Origin: Chromera velia
Taxonomy: Eukaryota
DNA length: 54,608 nucleotides
Direction: 5' to 3'
Assembly: GCA_018398765.1 (NCBI GenBank)
Contig: JAHBMJ010000178.1
Coordinates: 1-54,608 of the forward strand
Below the pieces are notes generated by a model. It searched no databases, was not told the DNA's origin, and saw nothing but the letters and a program-made list of their open reading frames with translations. The translations under genes were made by a program, and so were the position numbers. Positions 1 through 12,783 of this stretch are shown here, one piece after another; the stretch's first letter is position 1, and each line of letters opens with the position of its first letter.

Positions 1-55
<55 letters not shown>

Positions 56-61
56 CTGCAG

Positions 62-276
62 TGCCAATGAAAGTTGAGTCGGGTGGTCGTTTGGGGAATT
101 TTCGCATGGGGTCAACAGTAGTGTTAGTGTTTGAGGTGCCGTCCGGCTTTTCCTTTTCGGTGTCTGAGGGGCAGTCGGTGAAGGTGGGGCAGAGAATTGG
201 AAGGTGGCCTGGAGAGGGAGGGGGGGCAACAGAGACAGAGACAGGAACTGCAGTAGAACAGAAGGTCAAAAGATGA
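62..276 (+). CDS. psd: Phosphatidylserine decarboxylase proenzyme, last exon (gene starts upstream of the window)
   Basis: The exon follows a (TC)n(TG)n tract and acceptor CTGCAG ending at 61. It translates ...GGRLGNFRMGSTVVLVFE...VKVGQRIG, the typical PSD C-terminus with the G-S-T autocleavage/pyruvoyl motif (MGST at 106-117). Stop TGA at 274-276. Confidence 0.88.
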
Positions 277-1106
277 CAGCACGAAAAATTGGACGAACAG
301 TTGATTTCTCTGCTTCATCCGCAACAAATGTTTCCAGCCAGCAATCCAGCGAGCAAGGCAAGGAGGCAGCTGGAGAACCAGTTATGGATTTGGTGTTTTG
401 AAAGACAATGAAAGTCTGGACCGTAGTCTAAATTCATGCGTGGTCAAGTGCAAAGTCAGCCATGGGTAGTGAATAAAAGGCCGCAGTGCAAACAAAACAA
501 TTAACCGATCAGATGCTGTGAAATCGATGACGAAGGGAGTTTGCAGTGACAGATCGCAAAACTAAGTTTAGAAAATTTCAAAATACGCAACTTTTTCAAA
601 GAAGGTATAAAGAGGTGGTAAAAGAAAACAGATCATGTAAAACTATACTAAAACAGTCTTGCCTCTTGAAAGTTTGGAAAACTTGCCAAAAAGTTTAAAA
701 ACCTATATTTCATGTAAATCAATTTATTGTTGAGTCTCGTTCTCTCTAAAATTTAGACTAAAAACTATTCGAGGCTTAATTTCGAGCTCGCATGTTAGGG
801 AAACTATGAAATTAAAGCTCAAATCTAACCTTAAATTTTGTTAAATCTGGCCTTATAAATTTAACAATGCAAGCTCAAAATGCCTGAAATTAAATCTATC
901 AAATCAAACCTAATCTCAGTATTATAGTCTAAATTAAAGTTTTCTGACTGACTTCGTCACTTCGACTTTCAAACACTAATTTGAATAACTCAAAAAACTG
1001 GTTTAAGTCTGGCAGTGGTTGAAAATAGGGAAAAAAGTTTATAAAATCTAGCATAAAGTAAAGAATCATTTTAAGATTCATTTAAGCTACAATTGTAGGT
1101 GCACAT

Positions 1107-1349
1107 CTAGGCCCCGCACTACATTAAAAAAAAAAGAAAAGATCAGAAAAACTTTTTTTTTAATAGATTTTTTTTTTATTTATCATAACACTTAGTAGGC
1201 AAACAACTGTTGCTCAAGTGTTGCAAAAGTGTTGCACGGGGTGTTGCATTGAAAATTATATATTTTTTAGTTGATAAATAAATTAAAAAAAAAGATTAGA
1301 AACTTTTTTTTTTTCTTTTTTTTTTTTATTTATGGAGTGCAGGGCCTAG
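1107..1349. mobile_element. 243-bp MITE with CTAG-ended TIRs and an 8-bp TSD (hAT-like TSD length)
   Basis: Left end CTAGGCCCCGCACTACATTAAAA versus reverse complement of right end CTAGGCCCTGCACTCCATAAATA. Perfect flanking direct repeat GTGCACAT at 1099-1106 and 1350-1357. Four internal TGTTGC copies at about 1208-1247. No coding capacity. Confidence 0.88.
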
Positions 1350-1372
1350 GTGCACATGCATCTAGCTTTTGT

Positions 1373-1383
1373 TTAGCCTTGTC

Positions 1384-1418
<35 letters not shown>

Positions 1419-2792
1419 ATAAGGGCTGTGCCAGCAAGAAAAGTGCGGATTGGCGTGTTCTGTGATCTCCGCATCTCCGCTATTGCATGTGCCATGTGTT
1501 CCTTAATAGTCACTGCCCCCGTATCGATGCCCCTCGAGACGAGAAACTGGGCGATCCGCAGCTTCTTTTCCTCGACTTGGCCTTCTACGGGACAAGTTTC
1601 AGCAACATAATGCAGAGCAGTCCATCCACGGTCATCCGTCGCATACAGGTCTGCCTTGTTCTCAAGCAGAAGCTCAAGAACATCTGTAGACCTGTACACA
1701 GCTGCATGATGAAGGATCGAAATTCCGCCATCATTTGCATGACTTACATTCGCCCCACGAGAAATGAGAAGCTCGGCCACGTCTCTGTGGTCGGTTGGGG
1801 CATCACCGTACGGAATGATTGTGCCCAAGAGTGACGTTACCCCTTTTTTGTTCGTTACGTCACAGTCAGCAACGCGGTCAAGGAGCAACTGTGCTGCATC
1901 TCTGTGACCTGTCATAGCAGTCACATGGAGGGCCGTGTCCCCCTCCTCATCTGCTGCATGGATGTCTGCACCGTGTTGCAGATACAGATCGATCAGATCT
2001 GTCTGGTTACGTTGTGCAGCTAGCGAAAGGGGCTGCCGCCCGTCGCGGTTCTCTACATTCACGTCCATCCCAGAGGAGACGAGAAACTCTGCAATCTCAA
2101 ACGGAATCCCTGCCACGTGCAGGACAGAGTCTCCATTGGAATCCCTCACACCAATCCCTACCCCTGCTTCCACTAACATTTCCAATGCTTCAAGGCTCGT
2201 TGCTAGCACAGCCTTCATCAGCGCTGTGTCACCGTCCACCAACCCGTCTACATCCGCACCCATATGAAGGAGAAGGGCGAGGTCCTCCCTTTTTACCCTT
2301 CTCTCCTCCCCCTCCTCCCCCTCCTCTGCTCCAAAAAACTCATCAAGCGTCTCGTGCAACTGATCAGCCCCGACCGGCGCGAAGGACCGAATCACGTTCC
2401 CGATGTCACACGCGAGCAGTAGTGAGAGGTCCATGCAGCACCGGGCGTTCATGATCCTGTTCAGTTGCACTCTGGCCCTAGACTCTGGCCCCCTTCTTCA
2501 TCGTCTCCACCTGCTTCCTCAGCTCTGCAAGCGCAGCACTCTCCTGAAGGGACACTACAGGAGGGCCGCCTGCAGTAGCCGCAGCCGCCGGGGGATAAGG
2601 GGGGAGGCCAGGCCCCGAATCCGAATCGGAGGCAGAACCGTCTCCCTCACCATCACTGACAAGAGGGACATTGTAGGTCCCCAAAATCCTCTCCATGTTT
2701 CGGACCATCCCGGCAACCTCCAACAGACTCACAGCCACAGCTTTAAGCTCCTGCTGGACGGCAACGAGAGCTGCTGCTTTTCTTGTCGACAT
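1373..2792 (-). pseudogene. Ankyrin-repeat protein, intronless, frameshifted by a 13-bp insertion at about 2477-2489 (pseudogene or disrupted allele)
   Basis: ORF 1373-2470 has about 8 ankyrin repeats (GDTALMKA, GDSVLHVA, GRQPLSLAA, GDTALHVTA, GISILHHAA, GWTALHYVA) and a C-terminal polyQ. The upstream ORF from ATG 2792 (MSTRK...MKKGARV*) joins it in frame as KKGARVQLNR when 13 nt are removed. Confidence 0.8.
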
Positions 2793-4590
2793 CTTGGTAA
2801 GAGCAGAGCAGCGCAAAGAGAACGTGACAGGCTGACTCACTGAATTCACTCTTGAATCTCCAAACAACAGCCTGAGCAGGTCGAAGTCTTGACGAGCATA
2901 CAGGTAGGCAGCACTACAGGCACCATGCAGTTCACTTCACATACAAACGGCAGACGCAGGGCAGTAGCTAATTTTGAAGGGCGTGCCCTTCCGAAGAACA
3001 GTATATATATCAGAAGGTGGAGACCGTGGAGTCTGATGGAGTATGATGGAGTATACGATGCATGGCCAGGTTAATTGATATGCATATAATGGGCGCGACT
3101 ATAACACAACTTTTTGATAATGTTCACGTGAGCGCATGCGTGAGCGCACATCTCCAAAAAGTTGAAAATTCTCGTTAATTTCAGCGCGATACCTATAACC
3201 TATATTTACTTTAACATCTCAATTTTAAACAGAACATCTAAGAACATCGACTATCATGAAACTAATAAATATTTCAAAATTTCCCCGGTCCCCAGAACAA
3301 TTACTAAGGTGTGAATTAATCACTGAGCTAGAATAAAATTCAATAAGCTCCTAGATAAATTCAAATTAAAATTATTCAAGTTTTACCAGTAAAGAACAAG
3401 CAAAATACGATACCACAGACTCAACTAGAGATAATAAGACACAAAAGAATGAATCAATACTAAGAATAAAGCTAGCCGGCATAAAACTATAGACGTAAAA
3501 TAGACTTGTGTGTAAATGTTTTAACTTAGGTTTCTTCCTATAGGTTTCTTCTGAGTTTACTTATCTGCAGCTGGTCAACAGTAAAATTATAAATATAAAA
3601 TTTAAGTATCAAATTAGCATAAATCTTTTCACTATATATATTTGTGAACTTATTTGCAAAAGGTGAACTGTTGAAAAACGATGCATTATAAATTAGTTTT
3701 TTTCTTGGCTCCACATTCAAGATACCATATTTCGTCAAGAGATTATTTTCGGATTTTGTACTCTTCATTTTCTTTAATTTTCTTGCGCGAGCCTTTGATA
3801 CAGAGCGAGGCTTTTTTTCCTTTTCCGCGAACACATTTTGCGTATACGAGAAAGGCGGCAAGCACACACAATATGACATACAAATGCATGCTGACGCTAT
3901 GTTCGTTGCTTGGACGAAACAGTTTCCTTGTACGCAATCTCCATGCACATATGCGAGAGAAGTACGTACCGCAAGTGCGTGACAAGAATCTCGGGGTTGT
4001 TCTTTTGTTCTCTTCTCTTCTCTTTTTGTTGCTCTAAACAAGTACCCTCTGGCGGAGTGAAGCACTTGCACGCATACAGAGACGCCGACGTGGAATCGAA
4101 CGAATCGACAACTCTCTCATGTATTCCAATCACGCACGTAGTTAGTTCTGATTGCACACTGAGCAAAAAAACTGTTCAGTCCCCCCTCTCCCCCCCACAA
4201 ACGAAAAAATCAACATGCATGAACACGCAAGTCAGTCCACACAAACACACACGCACACAAACCTCCTCCTCCTCCTCCTCCTGAGCGTGCCACCTGACTG
4301 TTCGGCTTTGACCGGAGAGTTGGTGAGGCCGGCTCAGTGGGGACCCGAAACCAAAAAAGGCGTCTCGACCACGTCCATGCATGTAATGTATGGGCACAAC
4401 AGACATGCAGTACTGGACGTATTTGCTAATGGAATATCCGTGTAGGCGCATTGCACAAAGGAAAACATGCACTCAGAAAGAGACTAACCTGTACACACGC
4501 TCCTCACATTGGTCATGCATAATAAAAAGACAAGTCAGAAAGACCCTCCACCCATTGTTCTTCTTCGCTTCTCCCTTTCTCCGCCACTTC

Positions 4591-4956
4591 TCATGCGTAG
4601 TAGTCTGAGCAGATTTTGCTCACACCCATGCGACCTGCCGTGCTCTCCAACGTAAAGTCTAACATATTGCCGTACTGGGAGTCGGGCCAAGTGTCGCACA
4701 TGAGCCAGCCAGCTGCAGACCCTCCACAGGCACCGGAAGTTGTCGAGCCAGAGATGGGAGACCGCCACCTGAAACGAGAGGAAACACGCAGAAAGAGAGA
4801 GAGAGTCACGATCATGATTATCATTCATTTGGAATTACAAAAAAAAAAGTCAAAACAACATGCATTGACATCTATCTGTCGATTACTCGTCATTTCCCCC
4901 GTTAGGCATTCATGCTCTTACGGCGACACGCAGCTGCTGCGAGCGCAATCGAATCG

Positions 4957-4987
<31 letters not shown>

Positions 4988-7701
4988 AACACAAATCTGC
5001 TGTTTCGTGCCAGAATAAGCAAGAATCTCTTTTCGATCCGGACATCCTTCAGGACACGCGCACGTGTATTTGGCAGGACAAAAAATTGAAAATCACTGAA
5101 AACAAAGCTCTATGGCAGTAGTCAATGGACAGTCGTCAACGGATAGCACTCTGACGCACACAGACAAACACATTCACAAATAGTCTCTCACGTGGGAAGG
5201 AAGGAGACTGACTGGCAGTAGTCAGGTTTTCCGACTGCCTCTGCGGCCGACAGAGCAGACTGGGACAGGGCGCCGTCCCACACCTTCACTCCCGCGATTG
5301 ATCCCTGTGTCACCCCTGTGCCCCCCCCAACGATCGCATCGCCGTCTTTGTCGACCAACAGGTCCACTGCAACTCCGCTGCAAGTCTTCACAGGCGGGTG
5401 GGAGGTCACGAAGGACCCCTTTTTGGTCTTGTAGATCTCCACTGAACCCGACACTCCGTTCCAAACCACACCGATGTGGTACCAGTCTGCAAGATGTTCA
5501 TCCAATGCATACATAACATGTGCAAAGAATTCTGTCCAAACAGAAGAATACATGAGAAAAAACGTCGTTTTTAGTTCAGATACCTTCTGGCATGGTACGT
5601 TGAAGGACATCCGCACGTTAGCCGCCTGAAACCACTTTTTTCTGTGCGTCCAGGGCGCATTGCTGCTCAGAGCCCTCCGTGCCAACCGTATTCGAGAAGA
5701 AAGTTGTTTTCACAAAAACTCCGATCACATCTCTGACAAACGTGAAAACAAGAAGTAAATGGAAAAAACGTTTTCGGGATGCACCAAAGGCGCATTAATG
5801 GCCAATAAATCAGAACCACGCTCCCTTCCAATGGCATACAAACAGATGGACGGACCCGAGTTGGTGTCTGAGAAGAACCCTGTGGCCGTGCACGTAGAGC
5901 CCAACACAGAGACGACCAGGTCGTTGTTCTGTGCCTTCATGCTGAAGGTCTCCGATCCCCCCGTTGTCCCCAGCTTCAGGATAGACGCGTCTGTGTTGGT
6001 GTGCATATTCTTCACGTACGCAGCAGCACTCAGCTTGTTCGTCTTCCCAGACTGCACACACTCACTCATACGGGTGGGCGATGAGAATAAAGTATTCTCA
6101 TTGGTAGTCAGTTTGATTTATCTTTTACTTCCCCGCTCACTGCCATGCAGATGCAGATGCACTCACTCCCATACGTTTTGCCGCTGCACTTTTGTGCAAC
6201 TCCGACGCATGCAGGCAGGTAACGACCCGAGGCACTGGCCAAACTCACGGACTGACAGAAGGAGGGAGGGTGCTCCAGGGTGTGCTGTACGAGGGCAGCG
6301 TGATGGTCTCAGGAGAGGTTGCGGAGATCTGTTCTCCTCCACCTGCACACAGGCAGAGGAAGACGGAGAGCCCGAAGAGGAACAACAAACAGTGTACGTA
6401 TGCGTTCGTTCATGCAGAGAAAGAGAAAGAAAGAAACATCCATTCTATAAGTGGGTCATACACGGAGTCAGTCACGATATAAAGAGAGACATACGGGAAA
6501 ATGAAGTTCAAAATGGGGGGGGGACAGGCAGAGCGTAGAAGGGGTGACTTGCTCAGCAAGAACGGAAACAGGCCCAACAGAAAAGACAGTTTATACTCTC
6601 CGTAGAAGCGAATCATCAAGTCACTAAAGATGCATCGTGTCTGGATGACCACTGCGACTCCGATGACCATGTCTGGAAAGACGTCAGAGAAAGACCGGAG
6701 GAGAGAGAAGAAAAAGGAGCAAAACGTGAAGAAAAGCACAGGCAAACAAACAGATGCTCAAAAACACACAGACCCCGTGCAAAGCGGAAGTATCTGAAGT
6801 AGTCGACCTCCATGAAGGACTCGGGCAGAGACGGGTCAGCGAAGGGGAAAGTGCGTTCGTGGACGATGGCAGTCAGCCAGACGTGCCTGAAATGTTCATC
6901 ATTAGTGAGTTCATATGTATGCATGCAGCCAGTGATTTGCAGTGTGCCCCCCTTTCTTTTCTTTGTATGTATGACGCCGGCCCCTCCCTGGCAGGGAAAG
7001 TCGATTGGTAACCTGTGCTCGGGTGTCTCTTGGGTCGCTGCCCTTGACAGATTCTCGGTTGCATGCCTCAATTGTGTTCTTTGGTTTCTTTTGTTTTTCA
7101 TCTGGTTGTCAGGGGACTCCGGTTCTTCCTTTCAGGTCTGATCTCTCTGTCAGATGAGAATATGAATAAGCTGGTAAACGAACCTACCAGTGAATGAATT
7201 GAGATCTCGAAAGTATGAGAGCTCTTGAGACTGACAAGAAGAGTCGGACAGTTGAAAGAACCACTGCGGGTGTGCGACCGTCTGCGTGTCCATCAACGCA
7301 CCCCCAATAAGTACGGGGAGCAAACTGAAGTGAACCTCTTGACAAGAGGCAAGAGAGGTTACAAAACACAAAGAAGAGGATTTTGTAGTGCAGACAAGTT
7401 GAGTTGTGTGCATCGACTGACTGACTGACTGCGTCGTGAGCTCTGTGTGCATGCCGAAGGGCTTCAGGAGGAACGTCGCGATCTGCCTGCCATCGACAAA
7501 GAACAGAGCCTCGTCCTGCAACACAGACACATGCACAGAGATGAAACATACACAATGAATGGATTAAATTGATAGTTTCAATGATAAATGCTTTCGGCAC
7601 GCGTTGATATTGCGCATTAAATCTACAACGAAAAGGGACAACAACCACCTGCCAATTTACTTCTACATTTCGGTCACACAGGAATTCTCTTCATTGCTCT
7701 G

Positions 7702-7776
<75 letters not shown>

Positions 7777-7983
7777 CGTGTTTGAACTTGTCCACGACTC
7801 GATTCGTGAGAAAATCCGAGGACGTCTTTTCGAGAGGGAAAAAAGCAGCAACAAAGAAAGTAAGCAGATCTCACCTTGGAGAGAAGGAAACCGAAGACGT
7901 GCTCGGTCCACTGAGTGTTCCTCTCGTGAGCTTGGATGAACGTCTCGGTACCTGGTCTCCACCTGTTTTGTGCGTGTTCACAC

Positions 7984-8068
<85 letters not shown>

Positions 8069-8514
8069 CACACGTATACAACGAAGAAGGGAGGAAGGGA
8101 GGGAAAGATGGAGAGAAAGAGTGAGCAGAAAAAGAAGCTTTTGCTGGTCAGGAGGAACGAACAGAAAAGCAAAGAAAAGCAGTTTCTTCCGTAAGATCGC
8201 CTCAGCAGAGTGGACTGAGCCAGGAGTGAATTCAAAAGAGAAAAGAGTCCATACGAGTACGAGGAAGGGGTGATGTATCGATAGATTGAAGACCAGAGAG
8301 ACAGAGAGTGAACCTACTGATGAGCAGACACTGACTTGATGATTGTGCTGTCTGTCTTGTCTGTCCCCGTGATGTGCTCAAAGATGTCAAATTCCTGCCA
8401 GGGATCAACGGCCCTGCATGTCAGAAGGAAAAGGGACAAGACGAGGGGGGGGGAAAACAGAAAAGGAGGACATCGAAATTATTCTACACGCTCAGCTACG
8501 GGTACACACAGGGG

Positions 8515-8565
<51 letters not shown>

Positions 8566-8905
8566 GGACAGACTATACAGACAGACAGGCAGACAGACAG
8601 AGAGCGAGAGAGAGAGACGCACGAGTGCTTGGCAGTACTCGCGCAAGTCGATGAGATTGAGAGGGTAGTAGATTCACTCTGTGCTTACGGGGAATTTCCT
8701 GTGCGTCCTTCACAAGAATGAAAGAGAAGCGGCAATTCTTCGCTGGAGCCCATTTTCATGTCCCTTCTCTTCCCTTCCTCATCTGGTCTAAACCTCGTGA
8801 CAGAAAGAAAAAGAGGGGGGGAACCATGGCTTCGGACCGCACTTCCACCAATCAGTCTACTCAGTCCCCCCCCCCCCCNCCCCTTGGTTCTGAACAGCAA
8901 CAAAC

Positions 8906-8943
<38 letters not shown>

Positions 8944-9210
8944 CTGACGTTCCAGCAGAGAGTTGAGAAGCGTCCAGAGTGGACAACCAGAAAGCCGTCC
9001 ACCACCCAGGCACCGCACTTCCCGCCAGAGAGGGGAACTTCACCTTCGCCTCATAGTACCCCGGTCCGAGTGCCTTCTTGGATGCCACCCCGCCTCCAAT
9101 GAAGGGCTTCGAGCAAGAGCTCCCGGTTGGGGTTTTCTTCAGGACGATTCGCAGTTTGCCTGCAGGGGCGGAGAGACAGGGGGGAATAGACTCAGCATGC
9201 ATCTAGCGAT

Positions 9211-9241
<31 letters not shown>

Positions 9242-10133
9242 GCGAACGGGGGCAGGCAGACAGAGACATGGAGTGAACTGAGAGAGCGAGCGAGAGAAAG
9301 AGAAAGAGAGAGAGAGAGAGAGAGGCTATATCGTTCTCTGTCTCCCTTTTCTCTTCCGTTCTTTCAAAATACAGAGAGAGTCGCGGACAGACACAGAGAG
9401 GGTGGGAGAGATGTAGGGAAGACACAGACAGAGGCGGCTAGGCAAACCGACCAGAGTCAACGTCAACATTTGCGGACTCCGAGCAGCTGTAGTGTTTGGT
9501 GTCCGTTCTGTAGTCCCACTTGGTGGCATCCAGAGAAGTGCCGTCAAATTCGTCCGACCAGAAGAGCTCAACGCCGTCTCTGCGTGCGCGTGTATTCAGG
9601 AAAAAGATTATGTGTACATGATGTGGAGTGGTCGGTCTACTCAGGTACAATACAGAACCTATGAATCAAAACTGGTGCAGGAGCATATCTTTAGACTTGC
9701 TCTTGTGGTGCATGGATGTCTAAGTTCTTTCAGTTCACTCACTAATCGGCTCAGCTCAGACAGGTCAGACAGTCTCCTCTCTGTACTGGAAGCACTTCAT
9801 CGATCGTGCAACTCTCTGTCTCTCATGACCACCAGAAAGCCCTCAATGGCCCTCTGCTGACTCCCTCTCTTCTGCTAGTGCACTCACTCACTGATTCCTT
9901 CATGCACAGAGGACCCGATGTAAAAGCAGAGGAAGAAGACAGAGTGCAACTTTGCAACAGACAGTTTCTATGGAGACTGACGGTTCGTATCCCGAGGGAG
10001 ACGACAACTTCCTCAAAGATGCCCCACAGCCCTCGGCAAGGTCACACCCAGCTGTCTCAAGGCCTTTCAAACGAGCAGAGACTATCATGAGGCCAAGCAA
10101 GGAAAGGCACAATACTGTAGTCACGCTCCTCAT
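4591..10133 (-). CDS. Secreted multi-exon glycoside hydrolase family 16 protein with a C-terminal LamG/concanavalin-A-like domain
   Basis: Hydrophobic N-terminus MRSVTTVLCLSLLGLMIVSA at 10133. Exon 9579-9452 gives ELFWSDEFDGTSLDATKWDY. Exon 9159-8949 gives GYYEAKVKFP...PGWWTAFWL. Exon 8413-8336 gives QEFDIFEH (catalytic ExDxxE at 8377-8394). Exon 7962-7875 gives HVFGFL, exon 7515-7430 gives LFFVDG, and about 6880-6773 gives MEVDYFRYF. LamG-like exons lie at about 6051-5858 and 5487-5213 (WYHIGVVWNG...GSIAGVKVWDGALS). The Cys-rich last exon ends at TGA 4591-4593. Several small internal exons are uncertain. Confidence 0.85.
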
Positions 10134-10785
10134 CGTTACTCACGTAGTTGAAATTGATGTATACAGGAATGTGTATCTGACAGAATTATAGAGTAGGTGT
10201 TGCTTAGTGTCCTTCTTTCTTCTGTGAAGCTACACACAACCTGCTTTCTCGTGCTGAAATCTGCTATACTAATGATCCTTTCTCTATCTTTCACGCTGTC
10301 ATCTGATGATCTGCACTAATACTTCTGGGAACGCTTGTGGAATTAACGAATGCAGCCTGGGCTGGTAAATTTTCTTTCAGTCATTTTCAGTCAACTCGAT
10401 CAATTGAGCGCGCTCCTCTTTAATTAACTCGAACGAATTCGGCTAATATTCGGCTATAGCGAGTGCATGCGAGTGCTATATAGCGCGGTACGACGCATGT
10501 TCACTGCTCAGTCTGATCATATGTCTGATCACAACTTAGTTCATGATCGACCGTCGAGCTAGGGCCTTGACAATGAGGTCTTGACGCAACTTATCGAACT
10601 ACCCGACAGCTGTGAGGGAGCTGAAAACCTTTGAAAAGGACCAATTGAATCAGGTCACATAACCAAATTGCTTTCTCGTGTGATTTTGGCATCGTGCGTT
10701 GAGCAACAAACAACAGTGCAGCTTTCACACCTGCTCGGAGACACAGCGAGCTGCCGCCTTCAGAAGGACAGCTGAGAGTGAGGGG

Positions 10786-11979
10786 ATGCATTCTACAGTG
10801 CTCGAGAACTCACTCAGAGAAAAGCAGCGAGGAAGCTGCACTGCGTCCGGAGTCACTCAGCAAGGTCGATCGGCTTCACTAAACTCCACAGCGCAACAAC
10901 GGCAGCAGCCAGTTGTACGCTCCAGGTATTTGGATTTCCTCGGAGGTTCCAGTTCAATGCAGCGAGTGGAGGGGGCAAACTTCAGAGAGCTTCCGGGGGC
11001 TGCCCCCGGAAAGATGGGGCTGTGGCACTTCCCTTCCAAAGTGGTAGGTCCTAGCTGCATGTTTTGTATGGATACATGCATGTTTTTTGACTCCGTGTTG
11101 CACATGAGGCAAAACGGTCTATTGTTGTGGACGAAGATGTTCTCAGATTTCCACCGCTGTGTGCATCTTCTTATACTTGACCTCTTTATGCTGTGTATGC
11201 GGCTTCTTATGGAAGGAAAACAAAAGAGATCCCGCGAAAACACTGCTTCTTGACACCATGCAGACTCTCTCGATCACACGAAGAAGAAAAGAACAAAGGA
11301 CTAAATGTGCATGTAAATATGTACGAATTCAGCAACTGAAGGCAGCGAAGGAAAGAAGTGGTCTGACGACACTGGTGACTCTCCAAGGGTCCACAGAGGA
11401 GGGGGGAAGGGTAAAGAAAATGTGCGCAGAACTCGGGATCAAACATCTCCAGATGGATTGGTGAGTCATGAATTAAGTGAGTGCATGAAGGAGTCGTGGA
11501 TGGATGGGTTGATCGAATTGTGTAAGGGGATTCGGGCTTGGGTTGATCGAATTGTTTGAGGGGATTCGGGCTTGGGTTGATCGAATTGTGTGAGGGGATT
11601 CGGGCTTGGGTTGATCGAATTGTGTGAGGGGATTCGGGCTTCCTTCCCAGCGTTTGTCCGGTCTTTTGGGTACACCTGTTCCGTCTCTTCGCGTTTATCT
11701 CCCTCTCCCTCTCCTGTGCGCTTTCCTTCCCGTCTGGCCCCGAGCGCATGTACCCTTGGTTAGTCTATTTATCTGTCCGTCTACCTGGACCCCTTTTTCT
11801 CCTTCTCCTTACTCTCCTCTCTCCTGTTGTTCCTCTCTCTCTCGCTCGCCGATTCTCCCTTCCTTTCCCTCTCCCTCTATCCCGACCTACCTACTTATCT
11901 ACTTGTATGCCGCTTTCCCAACTTCTTTTTTTTCTTCCTTCCTTCTTTTCTTCTTTTCTTCCTTCCTTCCTTCCTTCCT

Positions 11980-12011
<32 letters not shown>

Positions 12012-12262
12012 TCCTTCTTTCCTTCTTTCCGTCTTTTCTTCCTTCCTTCCTTCCTTCCTTCCTTCTTTCCTTCCTTCCTTCCTTCCTTCCTTCCTCCCTT
12101 CCTTCCTTCCTTCATTCATTCCTCCCTTCCTTTCTTCCTTCCTTCCTTCCTTCCTCCCTCCCTTCCTTCCTTCCTTCCTTCCTTCTTTCCTTCGTTCCTT
12201 CTTTCCTTCTTTTCTTCCTTCCTTCCTTCCTTCCTTCCTTCTTTTCTTTTTTCTTTCTTTTT

Positions 12263-12301
<39 letters not shown>

Positions 12302-12308
12302 CTCTCTT

Positions 12309-12353
<45 letters not shown>

Positions 12354-12375
12354 CTTCCTTCCTTCCTTCCTTCCT

Positions 12376-12407
<32 letters not shown>

Positions 12408-12626
12408 TCCTTCTTTCCTTCTTTTCTTCCTTCCTTCCTTCCTTCCTCCCTCCCTTCCTTCCTTCCTTCCTTCCTTCCTCCCTTCCTTCCTTCCTTCCTT
12501 CCTCCCTTCCTTCCTTCCTTCCTTCCTTCCTTCTTTCCTTCGTTCCTTCTTTCCTTCTTTCCTTCTTTCCTTCTTTTCTTCCTTCCTTCCTTCCTTCCTT
12601 CCTTCTTTTCTTTTTTCTTTCTTTTT

Positions 12627-12662
<36 letters not shown>

Positions 12663-12707
12663 TCCTTCCTTCCATTCCTTCCTTCCTTCCTTCCTTCCTT
12701 CCTTCGT

Positions 12708-12783
<76 letters not shown>

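Noticed and set aside
510..978. Degenerate inverted similarity (TGAAA.TCGA..TGACGAAG) bounding an AT-rich island
   Set aside because: Needs several gaps and has no TSD. It may be an old MITE but cannot be supported.
3538..4071. 177-aa minus-strand ORF and overlapping ORFs
   Set aside because: Starts at a non-ATG codon, runs into AT-rich intergenic DNA, and has no protein-like motif.
7663..8273. Many CVCV/THTH/ERER ORFs here and elsewhere (for example 18089-18866 and 45480-46010)
   Set aside because: Dinucleotide-repeat artefacts inside introns.
11506..11641. 34-bp repeats of CRISPR-like length
   Set aside because: Head-to-tail copies with no unique spacers, no cas genes, and located in a eukaryotic intron.
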